Of a stretch of 36,142 nucleotides of DNA, positions 1 to 7,498 are shown piece after piece. This DNA comes from Planctomycetota bacterium (lineage in GTDB: Bacteria; Planctomycetota; DG-23; DATKVD01), in NCBI GenBank assembly GCA_037439485.1, contig JBBIVY010000025.1:1-36142 (forward strand), read 5' to 3'. A program made the position numbers and the translations under genes. The notes under the pieces are model-generated. The model was not told the DNA's origin. It ran no database searches and saw only the letters and a program-made list of their open reading frames with translations. How positions within the stretch are numbered: the first letter of the stretch is position 1; each line of letters starts with the position of its first letter.

Positions 1-46
1 AAAGGCGCGGGGGATCAGCAAAATCGGTAAGATAGGGAGGCGAAGC

Positions 47-520
47 ATGAGAGGATTATTCTCGATCAGAGTGGTCGTCTTGTCAGTTTGCACTGCGTTT
101 TCCAACCAGGGCGTAGTGTTCCCTGCTGGGGTCGAGAAGGGCGACGCAAAGGAGACGAGCCAGGGTCCCTTGCGTGTGGTACGCCCTTTCTCCAATGGCG
201 ACACGTTGTGGATGAACATAGTGGGAACCTACGGAAACAGGCTACAAGCTGATGAACTGCGAATTGACAACATCTCCCCAAAGAACAATGGCAAAGCATT
301 GCCCGCCACGGCGGTTCAAGTTCATCCGGCAAGAGAAACCAAGTATGGTCCGTGTGTCGCAGTGACCATAGATGCGAGCAAAGCCGATGGGCCTATACTG
401 GTGGACGGCGCGATAGCGTACAAGGGGAAAGCCTACCAACTAAGGGCCGAATTCCGCAAGGAAGGGGCGGTCGACGAGGTGCGTTGGACACTGGTCTCGG
501 TGGAATTAGCACCGAAGTAA
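47..520 (+). CDS. Secreted hypothetical protein, 157 aa. N-terminal signal peptide; no recognisable family.
   Basis: ORF with GGAGG 6 nt upstream of the ATG. Hydrophobic N-terminus MRGLFSIRVVVLSVCTAF. Local GC (about 55%) is clearly below the window average. Confidence 0.5.
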   Translation: MRGLFSIRVVVLSVCTAFSNQGVVFPAGVEKGDAKETSQGPLRVVRPFSNGDTLWMNIVGTYGNRLQADELRIDNISPKNNGKALPATAVQVHPARETKYGPCVAVTIDASKADGPILVDGAIAYKGKAYQLRAEFRKEGAVDEVRWTLVSVELAPK

Positions 521-890
521 GTACATGTGGCTGTTGTGTCTACCGAAAAGTCCATCCGTCGTCTTGAAAAGCGGTGAGAATCGGCGTGACGGCTGTGCGG
601 TTCTTATGGGTTCGAGGGCAGATTGGAGCCGGCATTGAGGTGGTTGGGCGAGTGAGCGCAGGAGATCATCCGGCTGAGGGTGCTGGACATTCCCGCCGGG
701 GGGACGTCGATCCAAATCATGAAGAACGTCTACAGCGATGACCTGCCCCCACTCTTTGTGCCAGAGTGAGTGTTACTTTTCCCTCTCGCGCCTCCGGCGC
801 CGGGGGGCGAGACACTCCCGCCGGACGGAGCCGATGAGTCGCTCGACGAATGCGTTCTGCCAGGGCGACCGCCAGGCCGTAACCACCTCT

Positions 891-1937
891 TCAATGCCCA
901 TGTGCCTGATACGCCGCGACGCGATCTCGCCGGCGGCTTTGGTTGTGGACGGCCTTGCGGAGCGTGAGGAGCACCTCGCGGAAGATGAGGTTGCGGCGCT
1001 CGACGGACCAGACGTGGAAGGGAAGGACGCACCCGCAGCGCGAGCAGTCGGCGCCGGGGCCCATCATGCAGGGGCGCTTGACGGCGCCGTCCGGGCCGAA
1101 GGCGTAGGCCCGTGCGGCGTAGCGGCAGCTCCTCGTAACGGACGGCGCCACGGCGGACTTCATCAGCCGCAGTTCGTCCACGGGATTGATGATGAATCCC
1201 TCGTAGCGGTCCTTGAGGCGGATGAGCCGGTCGATGATCCTGTCGCGGAGTTGCCACCCCGGCCAGAGGGCGTCATCTCCCTTGATGGGCGTGTAGAACT
1301 GGAAGAGGAACCCCTTGACGTGCGTCGGGCGCCACTCCTCAAGAAGCGCCGGAATGCAGTCGTGGTTCTCTTTGCTGACGCACATCGCGGCCACGATCTT
1401 GAGCTGCGGGGCGTCGTTGATGTTCTTCTTGATGCGCTCGTAGAGCGAGCGGTTTCCCCTCATGCGCTCGTAGTAATCGATCGTGCCGTCGACCGACACG
1501 TAGAAGTTCGCGTCGCGCCAGTCGGGCAGCGGAAGCGAGCCGTTCGTGGCGATGAGGTTGCTCTTGAAGCGCGGCATCAGCCGCTCGATAAGTTCGCGCC
1601 GAAGGAGCGGCTCGCCGCCGATCCAACTGCACTGGTAGAACGGGAAGCCCGCCTCCTTGAGCCGGTCGAAGTGCGCGACCCATTCATCGTCCGTCAATTC
1701 CCGGCGATACCCCTGCGCGGTGAAGTAGCAGTGCTTGCAGTTCAAGTTGCACCGGCAGGTGATGTCGACGGAGCCGAAGAGGCCCGGTTGCCCGGCCTTG
1801 CGGATGAGCGCGGCCATGTCGGCCATGCGGAAGATGAAATGCGCGGCGTTCAGGCCGAGCAGCTTTCTCGTCGCCGAGAAGAGTTTGGGCCGAAGTCCGC
1901 GGCTGCCGCCGATGGTGGTTTCGATGGTCCGCGTCAT
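891..1937 (-). CDS. Radical SAM protein with a C-terminal Cys-rich SPASM/twitch-like auxiliary cluster domain
   Basis: CxxxCxxC motif (CNLNCKHC) near the N-terminus. GGEPLL motif. C-terminal CRYAA...RPCMMGPGADCSRCGC cysteine cluster. Overlaps the upstream permease gene by 4 bp (ATGA). Confidence 0.8.
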   Translation of the reverse strand: MTRTIETTIGGSRGLRPKLFSATRKLLGLNAAHFIFRMADMAALIRKAGQPGLFGSVDITCRCNLNCKHCYFTAQGYRRELTDDEWVAHFDRLKEAGFPFYQCSWIGGEPLLRRELIERLMPRFKSNLIATNGSLPLPDWRDANFYVSVDGTIDYYERMRGNRSLYERIKKNINDAPQLKIVAAMCVSKENHDCIPALLEEWRPTHVKGFLFQFYTPIKGDDALWPGWQLRDRIIDRLIRLKDRYEGFIINPVDELRLMKSAVAPSVTRSCRYAARAYAFGPDGAVKRPCMMGPGADCSRCGCVLPFHVWSVERRNLIFREVLLTLRKAVHNQSRRRDRVAAYQAHGH

Positions 1938-3178
1938 GGCTCACCGAGAATGAGCGCCGGGTCCTGCCGGGCGGCGAGCACCGCCGGGGGCCACGAGGCG
2001 AACGCGGCGAGCGCCGGGGCGACGGCGAGGATGATCGCGAGCGTTGCGAACGGCACGCGCACAGGCGCCCCCGCGACGGTGAGTCCGGCGGCGATCCCCG
2101 CCGCGGCGCCGAGGAGCCCCGTCAGCGCGGAGCGGGTGAGGAAGACGCCGATGATCCCCGCGGAACGCATTCCGAGCGCCCGGAGAATGCCGATCTCGCT
2201 CCGGCGGTCGCGGACGTTTTGGAAGGCGAGGATGGCGATCCACGCCGCGGCGCCGAGGATGGAGACGGGGACGAGTATCGCGATCAGCTTTTCGCGTCCG
2301 GCGCGAAGCGCCTCGCGCTCCTTCGCGGCGGCGGCGAGCGTTTCGTCGGCGTGTTCGTGCGCGCGTTCGCGGGCCTCGGCGCGGGTGACGGCCTGGGAGG
2401 CGAATTCGATCACCTGCGTATCGGGCAGCGCGCGCTCGATCTCCTTGCGGATCGTGGCAAGCCGCGGCCCCTCGCACTCGCAACTGATCGCCATGATCGC
2501 GTTGATGACCCCGGGCTTGTCCAGAAGGGCCTGCGCCTCGGGGAGGAATATCCACGCGGTGATGTCGTCCTTCGTGCCGCGCTCGGCGTTCGTCTTCGAG
2601 ACCTTGAACGACCGCCCGAGCAGCGTCACGTTGTCGCCCGGCTTGAGCGCGAGCGGCTGCCAGAGTTCGCTCCCCAGGACGATAGTCCCCGCACCCACCG
2701 GCGAAAGGAGCGGCGGGCGCTTGTCCCCCGCAAAGACCGGCACCTCGCCGCGCGTGCCGACGAGAAGGATCGTGCGAGCCTGCTCGGTCCACTTCACCTT
2801 CTGCTCGAGGATGGGCAGCATGTGGTTGATCGTCATCACCTTCGAGCGGGCAAGGCGCTGGGCATAATCCTCCGGCATCGTCTTCGCGGCGAAGTCGTCG
2901 GCGTAGAGATCGGCGAGCTTCTGGTCTTTCGGCAGGATGAGGACGTTGAAGCCGAGTTTCAGCGTGATCTTGCGGTAGTCGTCTTCGAGCTTGTCGAGGC
3001 CCTTCTTCTCCTCGGCCGCCTTGTCGGCGAGGATTCGCCGCGTATGCGCGTCGTAGGCGCTGAGGAGCCCCGTCGAACCCACGAGCACGCCCACCGCCAC
3101 GGCCGCCGCAAGGGCGGCCAGGGCGAAGTTGAGCTTCCGCCAGGCGATTTCTTTCAGGACGAGCGACAATCCGCGCAT
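1934..3178 (-). CDS. FtsX-family ABC-transporter permease, MacB/DevC-like. One N-terminal TM, a large periplasmic domain with a coiled coil, and a C-terminal 3-TM FtsX domain.
   Basis: Start re-assigned to the internal ATG (MRGLSLVLKEIAWRKL...) with a GAGG RBS. The track's upstream extension is Arg/Ser-rich low-complexity. C-terminal IGILRALGMRSAGIIGVFL..GLLGAAAGIAAGL matches the FtsX permease pattern. No ATPase gene is adjacent. Confidence 0.75.
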   Translation of the reverse strand: MRGLSLVLKEIAWRKLNFALAALAAAVAVGVLVGSTGLLSAYDAHTRRILADKAAEEKKGLDKLEDDYRKITLKLGFNVLILPKDQKLADLYADDFAAKTMPEDYAQRLARSKVMTINHMLPILEQKVKWTEQARTILLVGTRGEVPVFAGDKRPPLLSPVGAGTIVLGSELWQPLALKPGDNVTLLGRSFKVSKTNAERGTKDDITAWIFLPEAQALLDKPGVINAIMAISCECEGPRLATIRKEIERALPDTQVIEFASQAVTRAEARERAHEHADETLAAAAKEREALRAGREKLIAILVPVSILGAAAWIAILAFQNVRDRRSEIGILRALGMRSAGIIGVFLTRSALTGLLGAAAGIAAGLTVAGAPVRVPFATLAIILAVAPALAAFASWPPAVLAARQDPALILGEP

Positions 3179-3182
3179 CGGA

Positions 3183-4295
3183 TTACCTCGATTCCGGCCG
3201 GTGCCTGAAGACGATGACGAGCACGACGATTGCCGCGACGAGCACGATGCCGGCGGTCGTGATGAAGAGCGTGAGGCCCATGAAGTAAGTGCGCTGGACT
3301 TTTCCTGCGCGGTGTGCCGGCGGCGCCTTGTGAGGCTGGGACTGCGCCTGTGCCGCCGTGCCGAGGCCGGTGAGCGCGGGAGGGTCCTGCGGCTTGACCC
3401 ACTTCGCATCGGGCAGGGCGGTCCAGTTGACGGACATCAGCAGGTCGACGCCGGGATTCTGGTCCTTGACGATGCACGAGCACGAGCCGCAGAGAAACTG
3501 GCCGATCTGGCCGAGCATCGACGCGTTGACGTCGGTGGGGGGCAGGGTGCAGAGGAGCCGTCCCTGCCCGAAAACCGTGCCGAGGCCCGGCTTGTCGTCG
3601 GGGACGTTATTCTGTGCGCCCAGGAGCATCGCGGCGAAGACCTTCTCCGCCGGGTCGCTGCGCGCGAGCCGCACGACCCCCAGCGATATCTTGAGGTTGG
3701 GCTTCTCGGCCCCTTCCTGGACGTCCGCCGGGTCCACCTCGGGAAGTTCCAGCGTCTTCGTCAGTTTCTCGATCTCGCCCTTGACGAGCTTCTCCAGCGC
3801 GTCGTCGGCCGCCGTGTCGCGGCTGCCGAGGATGACCCAGACGCAGACGTCGCCGGAGAGGAGCCGCCTGCCGATCTCTCGGCGGGCGGGGGAGTCGAGC
3901 ACGGCCTTCGCGTTCTCGCGGGTGAGCGGCCCGGACCATGCCTCCGGCTTCTTATCGTAGACCTCGGGCCACTCGACGATGATCAGGGGCGTGTCGGCGG
4001 ACGCGCGGGCTTTCAGATCCTTCAGCTTAGCGGCATCTTCTCCGGCCGGGGGCTTCTCGACGTCGATGTCCTCGACCGTGACGTTCGACGGCACGTTGGC
4101 GTCCGTCGAACAGGCTTTCATCCACGCCACGGTCTTCGCGTCGTCGGGCGACAGCGGGCCCTTGTGGACGATGGTGACCGGGTAGATCTCGGCCGGCCAC
4201 CGTTCGAGGGCGTACCGATACACCGGCACGCTGCACGCCGACAGCGCGGCGGACGCCAGGATACCGGCGACGAGCGCGGCGAGTTTCGTCTTCAT
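3183..4295 (-). CDS. Lipoprotein of unknown function, 370 aa, with a lipobox and a C-terminal transmembrane anchor
   Basis: MKTKLAALVAGILASAALSAC lipobox. Hydrophobic C-terminus TLFITTAGIVLVAAIVVLVIVF. The stop lies 4 nt from the permease start, so the two are co-transcribed. Confidence 0.65.
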   Translation of the reverse strand: MKTKLAALVAGILASAALSACSVPVYRYALERWPAEIYPVTIVHKGPLSPDDAKTVAWMKACSTDANVPSNVTVEDIDVEKPPAGEDAAKLKDLKARASADTPLIIVEWPEVYDKKPEAWSGPLTRENAKAVLDSPARREIGRRLLSGDVCVWVILGSRDTAADDALEKLVKGEIEKLTKTLELPEVDPADVQEGAEKPNLKISLGVVRLARSDPAEKVFAAMLLGAQNNVPDDKPGLGTVFGQGRLLCTLPPTDVNASMLGQIGQFLCGSCSCIVKDQNPGVDLLMSVNWTALPDAKWVKPQDPPALTGLGTAAQAQSQPHKAPPAHRAGKVQRTYFMGLTLFITTAGIVLVAAIVVLVIVFRHRPESR

Positions 4296-4330
4296 GTCGA
4301 GGCTCCGGGGGCTCGATGATTTCCAGGGTA

Positions 4331-4359
4331 AGTCTACCCGCCGACGGCGATGATTTCAA
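4331..4359 (-). promoter_or_regulatory. Candidate sigma70-like promoter for the lipoprotein-FtsX-rSAM operon. -35 TTGAAA, 17-nt spacer, -10 TAGACT, read on the minus strand.
   Basis: Found by reading the reverse complement of 4296-4437. A short inverted repeat (cccgcc/ggcggg) overlaps the spacer. Confidence 0.3.
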
Positions 4360-4379
4360 CTGGCGGGATTAAAGACCTC

Positions 4380-4405
4380 GGGCGCCCCGATGGGATGGGG
4401 CGCCC
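4380..4405 (-). terminator. GC-rich perfect hairpin downstream of the flotillin gene. 9-bp stem gggcgcccc/ggggcgccc with an 8-nt loop. Possible terminator or attenuator.
   Basis: Perfect inverted repeat. On the minus strand it is followed by TCTTTAA, which is only weakly U-rich. Confidence 0.35.
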
Positions 4406-4437
4406 GGTGAGTGGTGAGGATTGCGGTTCGTCACGCC

Positions 4438-6174
4438 TTACTTCTTCTTGGCCGGCGAGGTCTCCTCGACGTCGGCCGGCTTGGCGGCGGCAGGCGCGGC
4501 GGAGATGAGCTCGTTGAGCTGAGAGGGGTCGATGCCGACCTTCTTGAGGATGCCGTCGACGTCGATGCCGAGCGTCTTGAGCTTGGCGAGCACGCCGAAG
4601 AGCACGTCCGGCACGGTCATCGCGAAACGCTGCACGGCGCCGCCGCCTTCGCGGGAGCCGCCGCCCATGTCGATGATCTGGAGCTTGTCGATGTTGCCCA
4701 GGCCCGTGCCGATGCCCTTGCCGAGTTCGGCGAGCGGCATGGTGGCCTGGTTGAGGGCGACGCCGATCTCCTGGATGATGGCGGGCGCCTTTTCGAGGAC
4801 CATCTGGATCATCGCGGCGCGGTCGAGGGCCTTATAAGCCTCGGCCTTCTTGAGGATACCGGTCGCCTCGGCGACGAGCTTGGCCTCGATGGCCGCGCCC
4901 TCGGCGAGACCCTTCGCGCGAATGGCCGAGCCTTCCGCCTCGCCGCGAGCCTTGATGGCCGCGGCCTCGCCCTCGCCGGCCGCCTGGCGCTTGGCGCGGT
5001 CGGCGTTCGCCTCGCCCTCGCCCTCCGCGGAGAGCCGGACCTTCTCGGCCTCGGCGCGCGCGATCTGCCCGTCGCGATCGCCCTCCGCGCGGATGCGCAC
5101 GGCCTTCGCCTCGCCCTCCGCCTTGGCCACCGCGGCGGACGCTTCTCCTTCCGCGGCGATGACGACCGCGGACTTCTGCGCCTCGGCGGGGCGGATCTGG
5201 GTGGCGACGAGCTCCTTCTCCTTGCGCTCGGCTTCCTTCATCGACACCGCGATGCGCGCCTCGGTTTCGACTTCCTGGATCTTCACCTCCTGCTTCTTGA
5301 CCTCCTGCATCGCCACGGCGTTCGCCCGCGGGCCGGCCTGCGAGGCGATGGCCTGCTGCTCGGCCACGGAGGCGTTGTAGGTCGCCTTCTTCATGTCGAG
5401 GTCGCGCTGCGCGGCGGCGATCTGCGCGTCGTTGTCAAGGCGGGTCTGCTCTCCCTCTCGGCGGGCGTTCGAGGCCTTGATCGTGGCGTCGCGCTGGGCC
5501 TCGGCCTGGCCGATGCTGGCGTCGCGGATGACCTCGGCCGTGCGCTTCTTGCCCAGGGCCTCGATGTAGCCCAGGGCGTCGGAGATGCGGTTCACCACGA
5601 TGAGGTCGCAGCGGATGCCGATGCGGCTCAGGTCCATCGCGGCGTTCTGCGTGACCTGCTCGGTGATCTTCTCGCGCTTCTGGACGATCTCCTCGACGCG
5701 CAACGTGCCGATGATCTGGCGGAGCTGGCCTTCGAGGATGTCGTGAATCTGGCGGGTGATCTCGTCGATGCCGTAGCCGAGGAATCGCTCGATGGCGGCG
5801 GCCAGAAGCTCCGGCTCGCTGGAAATCTTGACGTTGCCGACTGCCTCGACGGTGATGAGGACGCCGTCGAGGTTGGGGGTGTTCTCGATCTTGAGCTGGA
5901 TCTGGATGAGGTTAAGGCTGATCATGCGGTATTCTTCGAGCAGCGGCATGATGAACGTGGCGCCGCCGGTGACGATGCGGTAGCCGACGATCTTGCCGTC
6001 GGCGGTGCGGCGCTTGCGGCCGTAGACGACCATGACGACGTTGGGGGGGACCTTCTTGTAGCGTTTGGCCACGGCCCACAGGGCGCCCATGACGGCGAGG
6101 GCGATGGCCAGGATAACGACGATGACCCAGGGGTCCGTGAACACGTCACCGACCGACGCGAGCAGCATCCACAT
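4438..6174 (-). CDS. floT: Flotillin (SPFH/band-7 domain, FloT/YuaG-like) with a C-terminal Glu/Ala-repeat coiled-coil region
   Basis: N-terminal membrane hairpin followed by an SPFH domain (VVMVVYGRK...GATFIMPLLEEYRMISLN...). Long EA-repeat region AEGEAKAVRIRAEGD... Family-level recognition only. Confidence 0.85.
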   Translation of the reverse strand: MWMLLASVGDVFTDPWVIVVILAIALAVMGALWAVAKRYKKVPPNVVMVVYGRKRRTADGKIVGYRIVTGGATFIMPLLEEYRMISLNLIQIQLKIENTPNLDGVLITVEAVGNVKISSEPELLAAAIERFLGYGIDEITRQIHDILEGQLRQIIGTLRVEEIVQKREKITEQVTQNAAMDLSRIGIRCDLIVVNRISDALGYIEALGKKRTAEVIRDASIGQAEAQRDATIKASNARREGEQTRLDNDAQIAAAQRDLDMKKATYNASVAEQQAIASQAGPRANAVAMQEVKKQEVKIQEVETEARIAVSMKEAERKEKELVATQIRPAEAQKSAVVIAAEGEASAAVAKAEGEAKAVRIRAEGDRDGQIARAEAEKVRLSAEGEGEANADRAKRQAAGEGEAAAIKARGEAEGSAIRAKGLAEGAAIEAKLVAEATGILKKAEAYKALDRAAMIQMVLEKAPAIIQEIGVALNQATMPLAELGKGIGTGLGNIDKLQIIDMGGGSREGGGAVQRFAMTVPDVLFGVLAKLKTLGIDVDGILKKVGIDPSQLNELISAAPAAAKPADVEETSPAKKK

Positions 6175-6225
6175 GGCGCGCCCTCCGAATTGCGGGAAAA
6201 AGTATGGCGGTTTCTCGGTTCATGC

Positions 6226-6789
6226 CTAAAGCGGCTTGACGGTGGCCATGGCGCCGGCCATCGAGACGATCTTGACGGGCCGTCCTTCGGGAATCGTGGC
6301 GCCGTCCTGGGACACGGCGAAAATGGTCTTGAGCTGTCCCTTGACGACGACGGATATCTCACCCGTCCCGTCTGCGGGGATGGTGCTGGCGACGCGGCCT
6401 TCGAGGTCGGCGTAATCCTCCGACGTGGCCATGGAGGATGCCTGCTCGCGGTAGAACATCGCCATGAAGGCGTAGGCGAGGCCGCCGAGCACGAGGCCGA
6501 GTCCGATGCCGCACAGGCTCGACAGGGCGGGGCCAAGATTCCAGGCGTGCGTGGCGATGAGGCCCATGCCGCTGAAGCCGAGGAAGAAGAGCGAGAGCAC
6601 CCGCGCGCTGAAGAGGCTGGGCATGCCGGCGCCGATGTCGTGCCCGCCGATCTCGGTCGAGACGTCGTGGCTGACGTCGTGGTCGTGGCCGAAGATGAAC
6701 GAGAAGATCGAGAAAACCACCGAGAAGATGAACAGCACGAGGTACACGGTGGCCAGGTAAAGCCCGGCGATCAGGAAGAATGCGATCAT
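6226..6789 (-). CDS. NfeD-like membrane protein (YuaF/YqiJ-like flotillin partner) with a C-terminal OB-fold domain
   Basis: Start re-assigned to the internal ATG (MIAFFLIAGLYL...). It overlaps the upstream gene as ATGA. N-terminal TM helices and a C-terminal GEISVVVKGQLKTIFAVSQDGATIPEGRPVKIV beta-barrel motif. A His/Asp-rich loop HDHDVSHDVSTEIGGHD is present. Confidence 0.65.
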   Translation of the reverse strand: MIAFFLIAGLYLATVYLVLFIFSVVFSIFSFIFGHDHDVSHDVSTEIGGHDIGAGMPSLFSARVLSLFFLGFSGMGLIATHAWNLGPALSSLCGIGLGLVLGGLAYAFMAMFYREQASSMATSEDYADLEGRVASTIPADGTGEISVVVKGQLKTIFAVSQDGATIPEGRPVKIVSMAGAMATVKPL

Positions 6790-7388
6790 GGCTTGGCGCT
6801 CCCGGTATCGGCAAACTCGACCTTGCGATAGGACACGGCCCCGTCGGCGACGGAGGCGAAGTAAAGCTCGACGAGGCACTGGAACTCGGCGGTGAGGCTG
6901 CGGCCGACTTTGCGCAACTGCTCGATCTGGTGCTCGGCGATGGTCTTGCCCGTGGCGAGGTGCGCGAGTGTGGACAGGGCGTTCGAGTCCGTGTAGGCCC
7001 CGCAGCCGGAATGGGCGACGCAGATGATGCGCTTGATGTTCTTCGATTCGACCATGGCCTCGACGGCCCAGCGCGCCACCTTCTCGTGCTTGGGCAGCAC
7101 GTCGGGCAGGGCCAGCCACTGCACGCCGCCCGGCACGGCCATGAGTTGCCAGCGCGAGACCTTGAGCCCCTCCTCGACGAAGAGGAGGGTGTGCGGGAGG
7201 TAGCGCGAGTCGCCGCAGGTGATGACGAGGCACTCGGGCCGGTCGTCCGCGAAGGGGAGCGAACTTTTGTAGACCGGCTCGCCCTCGACCGGCGGGGCCC
7301 CGGCGAGATGCTCCTTCATCACCTGGGCGGCCTTGTCCTTGAGGCGCTGCGCGACCCCGGAAAGATACTCGGACGCTTTTTCTGCCAT
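6786..7388 (-). CDS. Beta-class carbonic-anhydrase-like protein, first gene of the flotillin operon
   Basis: Cys-x-Asp-x-Arg (ITCGDSRYLP) and His-x-x-Cys (VAHSGCGAY) signatures typical of beta-CAs. GGGGGA RBS 6 nt upstream of the ATG. Confidence 0.5.
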   Translation of the reverse strand: MAEKASEYLSGVAQRLKDKAAQVMKEHLAGAPPVEGEPVYKSSLPFADDRPECLVITCGDSRYLPHTLLFVEEGLKVSRWQLMAVPGGVQWLALPDVLPKHEKVARWAVEAMVESKNIKRIICVAHSGCGAYTDSNALSTLAHLATGKTIAEHQIEQLRKVGRSLTAEFQCLVELYFASVADGAVSYRKVEFADTGSAKP

Positions 7389-7427
7389 GGCCCGTCCCCC
7401 GGACAGTGCTGGAAAGCGAATGCTGAG

Positions 7428-7457
7428 AGATTACCGAGAACGGACTTCGTCTGTCAA
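7428..7457 (-). promoter_or_regulatory. Candidate sigma70-like promoter for the beta-CA-like/NfeD/flotillin operon. -35 TTGACA, 18-nt spacer, -10 TAATCT on the minus strand.
   Basis: Reverse complement of 7389-7498 reads ...tttcTTGACAgacgaagtccgttctcggTAATCTctc... about 35 nt upstream of the start codon. Confidence 0.4.
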
Positions 7458-7498
7458 GAAATATTGTCGCTTAATGGAGTCTGCCCAAGCCCTTGCCC

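Noticed and set aside
738-2867. 709-aa plus-strand ORF antisense to the rSAM and permease genes
   Set aside because: Arg/Ala/Gly/Pro-rich low-complexity translation typical of antisense frames in high-GC DNA. It has no RBS and lies opposite two genes with clear domain signatures.
3179-3409. N-terminal 77-codon extension of the FtsX permease ORF as given in the track
   Set aside because: The extension is Arg/Ser-rich and overlaps the upstream lipoprotein gene. An internal ATG with a GAGG RBS sits 4 nt after the lipoprotein stop and begins a plausible cytoplasmic N-terminus followed by a TM helix.
4850-5380. Apparent tandem DNA periodicity (gcctcggc / ggccgcg units) that might be called a repeat or CRISPR-like array
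   Set aside because: It is the coding sequence of the flotillin Glu/Ala-repeat coiled coil on the minus strand. The units are not constant in length and have no spacer structure.
4411-6831. 806-aa plus-strand ORF and the 204-aa minus-strand ORF at 5922-6536, overlapping flotillin and NfeD
   Set aside because: Translations are Gly/Asp/Leu/Arg repeats with no motifs. They are driven by the GAG/GCC periodicity of the flotillin EA-repeat region on the opposite strand.
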